From Fistulifera solaris (Eukaryota), in assembly GCA_030295235.1 (NCBI GenBank), contig AP026149.1, positions 248,001 to 312,000 on the forward strand: a stretch of 64,000 bases of DNA, in the 5' to 3' direction. Shown in pieces: positions 1 to 13,500 of the stretch. Position numbers and translations under genes: made by a program. Position 1 is the stretch's first letter, and every line of letters starts with the position of its first letter. Below the pieces are notes generated by a model. It had not been told where the DNA came from. It searched no databases and saw only the letters and a list, made by a program, of their open reading frames with translations.

Positions 1-504
1 ACAGCGATTGTCCTTCGACGTAATGTCCAAAGGCGGCCGGCAGTTGCAATACAATGTGTTGAATGTCCCCGGAGCATCATCACCAATCAATCGAGCACGT
101 CCCAACACTTGTGCTGGCAAAGGTTCTTTCGGTTTAACAGTGTTACTCGGTAAACCAATGTCTTCGAGCCAATGTTGCGCATCGTCGAGAACTGACGGTG
201 GTGATGATGGTAGTAGTTCGGGCACGGTGGCCAAATAAGAATCATAATAATATTGATATTGGGCGCCCTGCGACAAACGACTGTCCAACGATCCCGTGCC
301 ACTGCATTTACCTTCCAATTCCGGATCAAAGAGTTGACGATTGCCCGTAGGAACCAAGGCAATACCGGCACCCGCTTGGCGGACACGGTCGTCCGACACG
401 GCCATGCGATGTGTCGTCACACGTTGAAGAGACGGTTGTACATGAAAGGCAACGACGCTGGGCAATCCTAGACACAAAAGAAGAAGAGTGAATGTCAATT
501 TCAT
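1..504 (-). CDS. Plastid-targeted ferredoxin-NADP+ reductase-like protein (5' part; runs off window)
   Basis: Read manually; not in the ORF track. ATG at 504 gives MKLTFTLLLLCLGLPSVVA-FHVQ (signal peptide plus F). It continues ...GRARLIGDDAPG and, after a 1-nt shift in the G run at about 67-70, DIQHIVLQLP...HYVEGQSL, resembling the FNR FAD-domain start (APGETxH...YxEGQS). Confidence 0.7.
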   Translation of the reverse strand, partial: MKLTFTLLLLCLGLPSVVAFHVQPSLQRVTTHRMAVSDDRVRQAGAGIALVPTGNRQLFDPELEGKCSGTGSLDSRLSQGAQYQYYYDSYLATVPELLPSSPPSVLDDAQHWLEDIGLPSNTVKPKEPLPAQVLGRARLIGDDAPGTFNTLYCNCRPPLDITSKDNRC

Positions 505-1352
505 GGTGTAAGATGTATTGATGCTGCAAATTCTACGGCTGCGGAGTTTCGTTGTGATGAAAGATCTTCGTGGTTATTATTATTATTATTTGATGGATGG
601 GGGGAGGAGGAACGCTTTTTGTTTGGTTCTCCTTCCTTTCGACTCTAAGTCCAAAAAGTACAGAGACATCTGGTCTCGGTCGATGATGATCTGCGACGCG
701 CGGAACACGGATGGAAGGAAAAACTGCCAACTGGTCTGAAAGCTTGAAAGACCATGATCTCTACTTAGTGGAGAGGACGGGTGCAATACACAAACGTAGC
801 TATGAAAAAGTACAACAAGAGTAAAACAATGGTGTAGAACGAATGAATGAACGTTGTAAGATTGAATGCAGTTTGGCTGGGAGTTCAATGTGATTCATGA
901 CTGAAATGCCGTCGTGGCGAAGTTGCGCCAACACTTTGGGTCTATAGTAAATTGAAAAGACAACTGCAACGTGTGAGAAACAATGACGGAGTACCTGGTA
1001 CCTTTACCGAGTTTTGCCAAACGAACCATAGCAGTCTGCCTCGGGAACATCATGATTCATTCATGACTGTCATGCCAAATTCCGACGATAAATTGCCAGG
1101 CAACGATCCGTACCTGGTAGGCATTGGTGACTTTTGACATCGTGATTCCAAAAGTGCCTTGCACATGCTGCTAGAGAGATAATTGGATCTTGATTCAGGC
1201 ACTTTTAGCGTACTCTCGAATGGACGTGATATTGATTCATTGGATTGGAATGCCCAAACGGAAAGGGGACTCTGGCGCTACATAGCATTCCCTGTTTAGA
1301 AACTAAAATAATTATGTATCTTGTTTGTTTCCATTACGCATCACACTACGAA

Positions 1353-4300
1353 TTAATGATGCTTGTTACCACTTTCACCCAAGGCCGCTTCCATATCTTT
1401 AATCAACTGTTCGGCCGATTTGGGCAACACCACGACACCCGTTGAAGCGATGTTGTGAAAGTTTTGCCAATACATCCACTTGAAGACACCGACCTTGAGA
1501 ATGTCTTGAAGGAAAAAGAACAACAACGAATAGATCCAAACAAAGCCAAACAATTCCATGTCATTGACCAAACCATTGACGGGGATTTCTTCAATCTCGC
1601 CTTCCTTCCACACAATCGATAAAAGCGAAGAGATAAAGAGTGCAAAGGCACCACCGGCCAGCAACATGGGACCGGGTGCGACCTCGTAGAAAAATCTGGT
1701 TCCGGTACGAGCACTGAACAATGTCAAAAAATCCGACACGGAAATTTTCAAATACATGGCCAAAATCATTTGACCGTATTCGACACCTTGGAAACCAATC
1801 TTTTGGAAGAAACCGTCTTCGTTCCAACTGTCCAAGAGAATGTGCAACAGCAAAAGCGAAGAGAAGCATGATACCACACCGAGCGTGGTACTGGTCACAA
1901 AAAGAGCTGGCAGATTCCAGATGCACGGGGTGGCTCGGGCTTCAGCGTGATCGTACGCAATTGTAATCAAGGTTCCGTCATTAAGCAATGTGATTAACAT
2001 GATCAAAATCACGGGAATCTGGAAAAACTTCGGCCTGAAAAAAGTAGGGGATGTAAGATGATGACATCAATATCCTACACGTGGGCCCTCTATCAACGTA
2101 CCATTCTTCTTCCGTTTCCGGATGACTGTATTCATTGGGATGGAATGCCAAGATTGAGATAAAGAAAAAGACCAACAATTGAAGCGTGGCCGCGATTCGG
2201 TACGTCAAGAAATTGTTCACACGCTGAAAGATCTTTCTCGCTTCCACAATACCGTGAGAAACGGCCGAAAGACCGGGTTCCGTGAGCACAATGTCGGCTG
2301 CGGCGCGGGCGGCGTCCGTAGAATCGGCAACAGCAATACCCACATCGGCACGCTTGAGCGCAGGTGCATCGTTAACTCCGTCTCCTGTTGTTGATGAATT
2401 GAACAACAATCGCGAGTGAGAAGATACGAACCAAGACGAACTCAAGCGAACAAAAAATAAGATGCACATTGCTGCAACGTACCAGTCATTCCAACCGCAT
2501 AGCCAAGTTCTCGCAAACACTCCACAATCAAGTACTTGTGCTCAGGGTAAACTTGAGCAAATCCATCGGCAGCAAGGCAGAGATCACCATAGTTTGCGGC
2601 AAGATTCTCCGGTTTCTCTTTCGTTTCCAGCGTCCAAAAGAGGAAGATACTCGGACGTGAAAATGTGAGTTCCCAAATCAAGCTGTGCTGCTGTATTACG
2701 GGCAATCAATAAGTGATCACCTGATTTTGAAGAAAAGCGGAAAGAAATTGTGAGTGTCTTATCAGCAACAACACTTTGTCATCATAAAGAAAGTCCGGAC
2801 GCACCTGTAATCATCTTAACACCCACTCCATATCTGTTAGCGTCTTGAATGACTTGCTTCGTATCGGCGCGAGGCGGATCTAAAAAGGTCAACAAGCCCA
2901 ACATTTTCCACTTTCCATCTTCGTCCGTTCGAGCTACGGCAAGACTTCGAACTCCGATAGCTCCCAAACGAGCAACATCGGCTTCCACTTTGTCCTTAAC
3001 GTCGTCGTCTTCATCTCCCAACAGCTTGAGAATAATATGCGGAGCTCCTTTACTGGTCTTGAACTCTTTATTGCTTTCCTTGTGTCTGATCGTACCTTCT
3101 GTTCTCTTGACTTGCGGATCGAATGGCATGTAGTCCAACTGCTCGTAGGCATCCATCAGACTCATGTTGACTGTTCCGAGCACCAAGCGGTCCAAAGCAT
3201 CACGGGGAGGCTCTTTCCATTTGGCAGCCAAAGCAGCACTGACCAACACGGACTCTTGTGTTTCGTTGGGCACGTACGTGGGCGTCTCGTCTTGAATGAC
3301 CATCTGGTTCAGCGTCAAAGTTCCAGTTTTGTCACTGCACAAGATACTCATACTAGCCATGCGCTCAATGGAAGAGAGCTGAGCGACAATGGCACCTTGC
3401 TTTGCCAAACTCTTGGATCCAATGGCTAAAGTAGTGGTCGTGACAATCTCAATCGCCAAAGGAATGGACGCCACGAGCACCACCACCGTGAACGAGAGAG
3501 ATTCCTTGAGAGTCTGTCCCTTGGCCATGAGGTAAATGAAGCAAATCAAACACAAGGCGATCGATAGACCAACCAAAGTGAACATGACCAGCATGAGAAC
3601 AACTTGGAGGTAGCTGTGCTCGTTGGTTTGCTTGAGCAAGGCAGCGGTCTTTCCGAAGAATGTATTGGCACCGGTAAACTCTACCGTACCTTCAACTTCA
3701 CCGCGAACCACCGTCGATCCCATCTTGCAAGAGTCTCCCTTGTAAAAGGTCACGGGAAGAGACTCTCCCGTGAGAGCCGCCTGATCGACATCAATCTCAC
3801 CTTCGTTGACACGGCAATCAGCCGGAATCGCCGAGCCACTGCCCAGAAGCACCAAGTCACCAGGGACCAATTCACGAGCATCAATGTTCTTCCAGGCCCC
3901 GTCACGTTTGCAGGTGGCGGTGGGCTTGAGTGAGTTCTTGAGCGCGGCAATCGCGTTTCCGGCCTTGTTGGTTTCGTAGAAACTAATGGAAGCGTTGGCG
4001 AACTGAATGATCAAGAGGATACCCATATCCAAGTAGTTGCCGATACCAGCTTCGATGATGATGGCCAACCAGATCATGATCGGCATCGGAGCCCAGAACA
4101 ATCGTAGAAAGATGAGCCATTTGGGAGTGATTTTCTCGGGCAACTCGTTGGGCCCGTGCACCTTCAACAACTCCGCAGCCTTGTCACTGCTGAAACCTTC
4201 ATGGTTGAACTGAAAGTCATCCGGCGGCTGAACACCCTCGTTCTGCTCGATCTTGCTTTGAATTTCTTCATCGGAGATACCGGCTTGACGACGTTCCTTG

Positions 4301-4668
4301 CGCGTACCGTAGGTTTGAATCTGCTCGGCCAAACGCAAATCATCACCTCCACTGAGAGGGACTTGCCCGAACTTGGCCAAGACATCGGAGGAACTACGCT
4401 GACGGCGGCGTTTTTCCATGGTTTGCACGACTTCGGGCGCCAAATGGACCATGGCGGAAATGTCGGAGACACTGCGGTAGTTGATGCGCGACTTTTGGCG
4501 CGTCAAACCAAAGGCCTTGGCTTCCAAATCCATGCCCGTGAGATCCGATTGCGCCTTGACGCGGGAGCGGAGAGGATGGGAGACCGGGAAGGTGGTTGGC
4601 AACTCGGCGACAAAGGTATCCTTCGCTTCGAGGTCGTCGACTTCCGTCGGATGTTCTGAAGAAGCCAT
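1353..4668 (-). CDS. P-type (P3A) plasma-membrane H+-ATPase, multi-exon
   Basis: Motifs: [20 protein letters not shown] (phospho-Asp), [46 protein letters not shown] introns near 2721-2804, 2385-2482 and 2036-2100; one frameshift near 2615. Confidence 0.93.
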
Positions 4669-5495
4669 ACCAACGAGCCTTTTCTTGTAGCAATTACCTT
4701 GAAACGAAACAACGACGACGGTGTTTGACACTCAAAAGGGGCAAACAATCAGTCTTCTTTGATTCTGCGCTTTCAGAATCAATGAGCTGTATGGATCGTC
4801 ACTATCTTCGACAATAATCCGTCGGAGTTTATTTCTGTGCGAAATTAAGAGACGAAGAAAATTGCGAATGGATGAGAAGAGACTTCGCAGCTTTTTGCGA
4901 GCTTTTCCGCGGAAAATACTATCAACTCTCTACTTTATAGTAAATTGCCACGAGGTCGATAGTCGAAACCTTCTCTTTTTCTGGTGGTGTTTCAGCTGTA
5001 AAACGTACGGACACAGACAGACCAAAAGCACATTTTGAATGTCAGACCTGACAAAGCGTATTCCGAAAGTGGCATTCTTATCAATAGTAATATTTCCTTG
5101 TAAACGTGGCACGACGTGGCTCATTCACAATAACTGACAGTAAAAGTTAAACGTTATCGGTACTATTTTTATGATATTGCGAAAGAGGGTTCGCATTTCG
5201 GCTCGTGTATTGTGCAACGATGACGTACTAGGTATCTCGACCGACGATCGTAAGCCAGTGCCGGTGGGAGTGGGCCGTTGATGTTCCTTATCCTTGTTGC
5301 GCCTTTTGTGACTTGGTGACGCATGCAAATTTTCGGATTGTGACGTGACGGTTCTACATCTTACATGAGACTAGAGTGATGCATTTTGCATTTGATACAA
5401 AAACGCCGCCATCCAGGCGTGTGCCTGACAAGCAAGACGAGCATAACAAGAAGACTATTCATTCTCTTTCATTCAACTCAAACGCACCTAGTAAC

Positions 5496-6142
5496 ATGGC
5501 CGACGACGAATCTGACGACGATCACGACAGCAATGATGACGGGAACGACCCCGAATCCAAGGCCCGCAAGCGCAAAGATCGATTGGAGCAGAATCGGATT
5601 TCCGCGCGTGAATCGCGGAAACGCAAAAGACCATGATCGAGGAGTTACAACGAACTGTCATAACACTATCAAGAGACAACAAGGAATTGAATGATCGCAA
5701 TGAAGCACTTCGGCGTGAACTCATGGAAATTGGAGCCAAGGTGAGTGATTGAAATTCCGAAGCGATGCGGATTATCGTTTATTTTGAATTTTTCGCTCAG
5801 TCGCTCTTTCGTGACGTCCTCATGCTGCGTCACGAGTCCTTTTCAGAAGGCCGGTCGAGCCTTCGACGTCACGTGAAAAGATCGGTCCCTTTTCTATCAT
5901 AATATCATGTTGGTCGTCTAACTTCATCGACTATGTTGGCTCACCTCTGTTTTTCCTTTTTGTTCTTTAAATTATAGTACCCCAATGTAGTGCCGCTTCA
6001 AGCCATCGTGGGTCAAGGCGCCGCCCTCCAAGGCCCATCGGGAGCCGTGGCCGATCCCACGGCACGTTTGAATGATGCCGATGATGATGTGGAAGATAGC
6101 GTGCCGGGTGATAACAGCTCGAGCGGCCTAGCCAATGTGTAA
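5496..6142 (+). CDS. Small bZIP transcription factor
   Basis: RKDRLEQNRISARESRKRK basic region, then (1-nt shift in the A run at about 5625) TMIEELQRTVITLSRDNKELNDRNEALRRELME leucine zipper. Intron 5741-5977 (GTGAGT...ATAG); stop TAA 6140-6142. Confidence 0.85.
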
Positions 6143-6484
6143 CGAGGAGTCATTTTGAGATACTGTTGGCGAGTTGGACGCAAGTACGAGCGTGTCGACG
6201 AATCACCAGCACTGCAAGGCATCTTCAAGTCATTGTGTAGTGTAATAAATTGCAAGTATTCGTAACTTTTGAATTGAAAAACGACTTGTTCTTCAAACAA
6301 TTAGGAAACCTAAATCTTGATAAGGTTCTCTGCTAGGCTATGCAATCCTAGTCTTGCCAAACAAAGATTGTGGTCTAACATGTATAGTTAATTATGGCTG
6401 TCCTCTGATCTGGATTTCGCGACGAGAGGCACACATCTTAAGGTGCAATTCGAGTAGAGTGAAACGTTTTTGCTGGGATAAAGT

Positions 6485-6958
6485 TCAAAGCCACGTCGTG
6501 CACGGATAATTAATGTCATCCAAGATACAACGATCCTCGGACAAGCAATATCGACCGGGGGCGCACGAGGAGCAGCCGGACCAAGTTTCCGGATAGCAAA
6601 AGATCGTGTCATAATTGATGTAAAACACCGGTTGGCGGGAATCTTGGTAAAACGTGTGTCGCATGGGCTTGCGGTTGTAACAAATCAAAGTACCGGCTTC
6701 ACATTGTCGAAAGCGACTCTGGTCACACGGTCCGTAAATACCGGGTTCATTTTCACACACGTCGCCGGGAAAGATTTTGTCGAAATAGCGGTCTTGGAGT
6801 GCGCGTTCGTTGTTCTGTGCAACGTTTGTGTCGTGAGAGGTCCGAAACCAAAATCAGGGAGGGCACATCGATGCTAAATGAGAACTTACGGCCGTTTCCG
6901 CCTGCACCGAAACAACTAGTGCACTCAATAAGAGGAAAAAGGAAAATTGTTGCAACAT
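6485..6958 (-). CDS. Small secreted cysteine-rich protein, copy A
   Basis: Exon 1 MLQQFSFFLLLSALVVSVQAETA; intron 6889-6815 (GTAAGT...CACAG); exon 2 NNERALQDRYFDKIFPGDVC...YPCTTWL* with 10 Cys. Paralogous to 7589-8099. Confidence 0.85.
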
Positions 6959-7588
6959 GGTCTAAAGAGATTTATTGAACAACTTCTTGAAGATGAAAGT
7001 ATAAGTTGTAACGAAATAGGGGGGAGTAATAGAAAAAATGCGTTGAGGTTTGACAACGAAACACTTCGCACGGTCGCGTCGCGAGCATTTGCCCCAATAA
7101 CAAACGGAGTAGAAACACGAAGTCGTACCGTGTTTCAATGTACGAACGATTATTTTCGTCTTCAAGACTCATTTTTTCGTCCATCGTAATTCAAACAGTT
7201 TTGATCATCACCTCATCACTCATTTCCTAAAAAGATTATGTATTGTCTACTGAAACTAGACGTTCATATCGAGGTTCTTGTTAACTTCCTTAGTTCTTTA
7301 TGTTCAACTGGGCCCGTGTCTGTAGCATTGACACTTTCGTCAAAATAGGCAGTCAAAGCGTTTTTGCTCGGCAAAAGATGATGAAACTTGCATTCGCTTG
7401 AGTTGGCTCAGTTCAGCAATTCACTCTGCACCATTTCCAGGCTAGAAAGAACAAAACACACAAGGTTTGATCGCTTTTGACGATATTCATGCTATTCTTT
7501 AGTTTCTGTTGCAGCAGGAGAATAATGATAGTGCTACGAACGACCCAAGCTGTTTTGCCCCCCATGGGCGCTCTCCTTGGACCAGCTT

Positions 7589-8099
7589 TCAAAACCATTG
7601 CTCACAAGGATAACCCACATCATCCAGAATGCAACGGAATTCGGACAAACAATACCGACCAGGAGCACACGACGAGCAACCGGTCCATCGTTCCGGATAA
7701 CAAAAGACATTTTCGTAATCAATGTAAAAATACGGTTGACGAATGTCTTGATAAAATTTATTGCGCATGGGTTTTCGGTTATAACAAATCAGCGTACCCT
7801 CGGCACACGTTCGGAAGCGGTTTGGGTCACAAACTCCGTAGATCCCGGGTGCATTTTCACACACATCTTCCGGAAACAATCGATCGAAGATGCGGCTTTG
7901 CAATTGCCGCTCGTTGTGCTGTGATATTGGAGTGTGAGCGAGACGATTGTTGTACAATATATATTTTATACGATGCTGTTTAGCAATTCTGCATTGCCTT
8001 GTGTTTACAACTAGGTTGAAGGTGAACACTTACACTCTCCTCCGCTTGGCTCACGACGGCCCAAATTGTCCAGGAGAAGATGACTGCCTGTCGCCACAT
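7589..8099 (-). CDS. Small secreted cysteine-rich protein, copy B
   Basis: Exon 1 MWRQAVIFSWTIWAVVSQAEES; intron 8033-7919; exon 2 HNERQLQSRIFDRLFPEDVC...YPCEQWF* with the same 10-Cys spacing as copy A. Confidence 0.85.
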
Positions 8100-8757
8100 G
8101 ACAATGATGATTCGGCCACTGCGAGAAAGAGCGTTTTTAGCTAGGTTGAAAGGGAGACCCTTTTTGTTTTGATAAAAATCTAACACAAGGGTGCTCGCCT
8201 CTCTCTGTTTGGTCCGGTCAAATGGACTCGAAAAAGCGTTTTCAGTTGTTGTCATCGACGGTCGGACAACGGTATAACCTTCAGGGCAATAGTATCAATC
8301 ATCGAATTCCGATTTCGATCGAGAGGTCGTGTATGTGTGTTGGGTGTTGTGATGAGAGAAGGACGGTGGGCGATTTTCGCACGACCGCAGATACCCGGCA
8401 CCTGATAATATACAGTTGAGTGCCGGAGAAAATAGTTATTTCTCTCCTACAGTATCACTTTTTTGGTTGAGAGAGTAGTGCTGTTCAACGCCCACATTCC
8501 AAAATTTTGGGCTTGCACATCCCCGATCAACGACCGAAAAAACGAATGACGGAACCAAGAAAAGTACTCCAAAAGCAAAAAAGCCGTTGTCGTTTGAATC
8601 TATCGTTGCGAGCGACAGCTTTATTCAATCTCGTTTCCAGAAAGCGATTGGTCAAGCGTTCCAGTATCTCGCAGGGATTCGAAAGAATTTCGAATCTTTC
8701 TGTTCTTACTTCCTTTAAGAGCCCCACAATAATAGCATTTCCAGCACAAAGAACAAC

Positions 8758-10245
8758 ATGGAGCCTGAGGACCCCGAGGTTGCTACCACTCTCGAGCCGT
8801 ACCCCGAAGGACCGGAAAAACCAACTGTAGAACGGAAGAAACGAGGGAATTTGAATAAGCTATTCCTTTTCGTAGTGATTGTAGCCGTTATTTTGGGAGC
8901 GGCGGTAGCGGCTGCCATTGTCTTTGTGAAACAATTCGGCAATAATGAGTCGGACCCCACTGCCATTTCCAACAACGACGGCGGACGGCCACCGATCATT
9001 CCTCCTCCGGCTCCCGTGAAAGAACCGACGGTAGCTCCGGTTGCCGCAACTGAGGCCCCCGTTGCGGTCACGAGCGTTCCGGTGCCGGCGACAGGCGTCC
9101 CGGAAATCGACACCACCGCACCCACGGCTCCATCGGTGGCGACAAATGCTCCCGTAACGGCTCCCGTCCCCGTCAGTAATTCTGCCGAAACATTGCGTAC
9201 GACACTGGCTCCGGTCGTGCTCGATACTGCTTACTTGGAATCATCGAGTACGGCTCTGGAATGGCTCGTCGCGGCGGCGGAAGCCGAAGGTGGTTCCGTC
9301 TCCAATTTACTCGAAGATGAAGCTCGGCTAGTCCAACGATATGCACTTCTCTCGTTGGATCTCATGTCACAAGGATCATTGACGGGGACAACGACACGCG
9401 TTGAAAATTTGCCCCGCATTGCCAGTGGATTGGACGAGTGCCTGTGGGTGGGTGTGACGTGCACGAACGGGACCGTGACCCAAATCCGTTGGTCGCAACA
9501 ATCGTTGAGTGGTTCCATTTCGGAAAATATCGGACTGTTGACGAATTTGGAGCATGTGGATTTGGGAGAGAACGAATTGCAGGGTCCGCTGCCACAAGGA
9601 CTTTACAATCTGGCCAATCTGCAATATCTCTATCTACATTCCAACTTTTTGACGGGTACTATTTCCGAAAGCATTGCGAATTTATTCAACTTGCGGAACC
9701 TTTACCTTTCCAACAACCAGTTAACGGGTGCTTTTCCGGTGGGCCTCGGATCGCCGTCGTCGGGCCAGGGCAGTGTTCGACCGCTGCGCTTTTTGACACT
9801 GTTCAACAACAAAATGAGTGGAACGCTACCAGCCGGCCTCAACTTGCGGAACTTGTTTTACCTAGACATTGGGCGCAATGCATTTTCGGGAACAATTCCC
9901 ATCGACTGGTACGAAGGACGAGATACCATGAACAATCTCCGTCATCTTTACGCGGATTATAATCAATTTAGCGGAGGACTCACCTACAACTTCCCCACCA
10001 TCGGAGGCGGACGTATCGACCAAGTGAGTATCAACGACAACCAGCTGACGGGCGATTTCCCAGGAGGCTGGGACCCCATCAACGCACTGGAAATCCTGCA
10101 CATTGAAAACAATCAATTTTCTTCGCTCAGTAAGGATTTTTGTATTATGAGTGTCTTTGTGGGAGGGGAAGTCACGGATTTGCGGTCGGACTGTTCGATT
10201 TGTCCCTGCAATGACGTTTGGTGCAGTGCACCGTTCTGCACTTAG
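8758..10245 (+). CDS. Membrane-anchored leucine-rich repeat protein
   Basis: N-terminal TM (LFLFVVIVAVILGAAVAAAIVFV), Pro/Thr/Ala-rich stalk, QRYAL...ECLWVGVTC cap, plant-type LRRs (LxxLxLxxNxLxGxIP), Cys-rich C-cap. Confidence 0.9.
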   Translation: MEPEDPEVATTLEPYPEGPEKPTVERKKRGNLNKLFLFVVIVAVILGAAVAAAIVFVKQFGNNESDPTAISNNDGGRPPIIPPPAPVKEPTVAPVAATEAPVAVTSVPVPATGVPEIDTTAPTAPSVATNAPVTAPVPVSNSAETLRTTLAPVVLDTAYLESSSTALEWLVAAAEAEGGSVSNLLEDEARLVQRYALLSLDLMSQGSLTGTTTRVENLPRIASGLDECLWVGVTCTNGTVTQIRWSQQSLSGSISENIGLLTNLEHVDLGENELQGPLPQGLYNLANLQYLYLHSNFLTGTISESIANLFNLRNLYLSNNQLTGAFPVGLGSPSSGQGSVRPLRFLTLFNNKMSGTLPAGLNLRNLFYLDIGRNAFSGTIPIDWYEGRDTMNNLRHLYADYNQFSGGLTYNFPTIGGGRIDQVSINDNQLTGDFPGGWDPINALEILHIENNQFSSLSKDFCIMSVFVGGEVTDLRSDCSICPCNDVWCSAPFCT

Positions 10246-10547
10246 GAACCGAACTTTTTAAAAAAGGGGCGTTTTGGCTTACTTGAGGGGTGCATTGCAA
10301 TAGTTGAGGGGATAGCGAGAAGGAGCTCGATTTGCGCCGCCAAGCTTTATGTTGTAGCAATGAAGCATTAAAATACTTTTAGTATAATTTCAACGGAATG
10401 GCCGTTTCTAGCTAACTATTGCGAATGTCTCGTTGTGGGCTCTCCAGAACAATTCGCTATATTGTACCAGCGTTCTCCATATCCAGAAAACGGGAATATG
10501 GTGCTGAAGAGCAAGAAATTGTTCGGCTTTTTGTCAACCGCAAAAGA

Positions 10548-13500
10548 TCAAGTGCCACATTCCATCCCGACATGATTCACATTTTGATAAAGAAAGCAAG
10601 CTTTCGATAAGGGTTGATTGACGTTTGTTTGCGCAAGAAAAGACAGCGCTTTTCTGATAAATGGATGTGCTGACTCATTCCCCAAAAGTTCTTCCGCGTG
10701 GTCGTGGAATCTCGGTGGAAAATCGACGTCTTCGGTACATTTGATCACAAACGCACAACCCATGAGCAAAGCGTGAAGAGGAAGGAATATGTTGGGCTGT
10801 CGAGAAGCTGAGAAGAAAAGACTCGGATCGGATTTGCGAAGTTTCAGGAATACCTGATGGCAACGTTGTAGCAGCGTGTCTGCGGTGGGCTTACACTGGT
10901 CAGTCAGTGATAGCGTGATGTGGTCGCAAGTGGCAACAGCGATATGGAGAGGAAGAAATCTTTCCATGTAAGAATTATGATCTTCCTCTTCAAAAATCTT
11001 CCGATCAGAATCCTCAGCATTGGCGTTCAAGAGAATTGCCAGTATATCCTGGGACAATGATTCAGATAATTGCAAGACAAACAGAGTTCGAACGTTATTG
11101 TTTTTGAGAAATGGAGATTCCTGAATCAATCTAGAAAGAGCAATTTCAGGGATTTCGATATCACTAACAAGCTTTGCTGCAGCGAATCGCACGTCTTCAT
11201 CGTAATCTTGAATTAATCCCATCCACGTCGAAAGATCAATGGACGGTCGCGAATCCTCGTCCAGGTCATATTTACCTATAGCGGTAGCTGCAGAATGTCG
11301 GACGCGCCAGTAACCGTCAGGATCAGATCCTAGCGTCACCAACCGCTGTAAGTCAAAGGGGAGAGGGACACTCGGTTCAAGTATAGCGAAAAAGGAATAT
11401 AGCTCAATTGCGTTGCCGAATACTTGTGTTTTCGAGTCACCTTCAAAGCCCTCGTTAAAAGCAACCGCGAAAAATATCATAGCATCTGGTCGGATTGCTG
11501 GGAGAAGCTCTTTTAAGATCCCCAGCTGGTATGCACTATCGAGGCATTCTAAAAGGCACCTGGACAGCCGTCTCAAGGTCGGGTTGTGGCAACCCTTTGG
11601 ATCTTGACTCTCATTCGCGAGACTACAGGCCATGACCAAAGCCACCGAATGAATCAGCAAACGAGCGTGCTCACAATGTGCCACTGTTCGCTCAAGTCCT
11701 GCATAGATCTCTTTCTTAAATGCTTTCACTACTGAGACACGAATGTCGATGTTTGGGCAAGTGAGTGCATCTTTCAATTTAGGAAGCCAGCCTGAAACGT
11801 CGTCCCAGCTTTTTGAATCCCAAATTCTGGCCGCTAGCTGACGAGCAGTTACATCGCCTATCTTCATTCCCAACTCTCCGACGCCGGCACAATAAGTACA
11901 CGTCGACGTCGCAAGCCACCCTGTCAATTCATCACATCGATCCAAATTGCTTGTCGACGACGGCAAAAGTCCAGAAAGAACGTCAAGTGCCACTGACAAG
12001 CAAGCTGGTGGCATTACAGGCATATCATCAAAAATCCAACATGTATCGAACAGCGGACTAGGGGTAATGATTTGTTTCGCAATGGTCATTTCTCGCTCTG
12101 ATTTTTTCATCAGAGTACAACATGCCTCGAGGACCCCGTGTAGTTTGTTCCACATAAAGCCCACCTTTGACTCCAAAGCACCGACACAATCACTGATCAC
12201 AGCTCGAAAACCAACAAATAATTCTGTAACGCTAGTGGGCGACTCTAATTCAAAAGAGGAAATATTGGAGAGAGCCCTTGCAGCTGCTTTTCGAATCGCT
12301 ATTTCGGGGTGCTCTAAGGCCCGTAATACATACGGAAAGAAAGGTTCGACAAGTGAAACGGCATCAGTACCGCACTGGCTTACGGGCTGGATCCGAGCCA
12401 ATAAAAGAAGGATTGGTAGGACGGGAGGAAGTGAAATGCTCTCGTCACTTTTCAACACGCCATTGACGCTAGCTTTCAAAATCGCAAGCAAAAAATTTAG
12501 TAGTAGTGGATAAGCTCGAGCGAGCTCAGTCAGACTAGTAGCATTGCGCCCTCCAGCCTCTGATTTGGCATTCTTGTCTGCATCTTTGAAAGTGCAAGGA
12601 GTTAGAAAACAGCAGCATGCCTCATGTATTTTCTCAGTGGAGATACTTACCGATTGATCGCAGCATAATCGCAGAAAAAATCATTGTTGATGAGTTTCGT
12701 ACTGTCCAATCAAGGTCTGTGTAACCCAACATAGATGTAACTAGGTAGCGTAGACACGAACAGTTAGTCGGGGATAGCCGACCTACGACACAAGATGCAT
12801 TCTTCGACTTACCTATGGCATCGCCTATAACGGGATGAATTTCTTTCGCAAGAGGCGAGTCAAGAATTATTAGTCGAAGCACATTCAATGCATGGATGCG
12901 TGTCCTCTTCTCATAATTCGTTTGATCTTGCCATTGCTTCACGTCAAGGTAGGAGAACATCTCTGCGGATTCTGAAAGTCCGATTGTTTTGGTAAAGGCG
13001 ACCATTTTATCACGTGAAGGAAGAGAAAGTTGCAGGATGCTGGAAAGAACATGTTTACACAATGTATGCACGTGAGGGCCCGAAGCTATTTCTGTTCTCA
13101 TAATCGCAAGAAAACCTTATGTTGTAAAGGCATTATGAGGGCGTTCAGGTAACACAGACAACAGCCGATTTGTTCCACTACTCACCTAATGCGTAACCAG
13201 TGCTCCTTCGCAATGTCGAATCTCGGATTCGGTCCAATTTTGTTTCATTCAGTAGGCGGTGAGTCCATAATTTCGGAAGTTGACTTATATCATGGTCGTG
13301 CTCGTTTCTGAAACAAACTTGGGCTAATGCCTCGACTGCGTGATGAGCTGCATATGCGGCACCGACATGTTTCAAGGATGTAAGTGTATTGATCAGGAGC
13401 GTTGCACAACTATCCAGGAGCGAAGCTGGAGCCCTGTAGCCAGTGGCATTAAACACAGCGGAAATCGCACCACATGCTTCCCTGGTCAAAAGCCATGATC

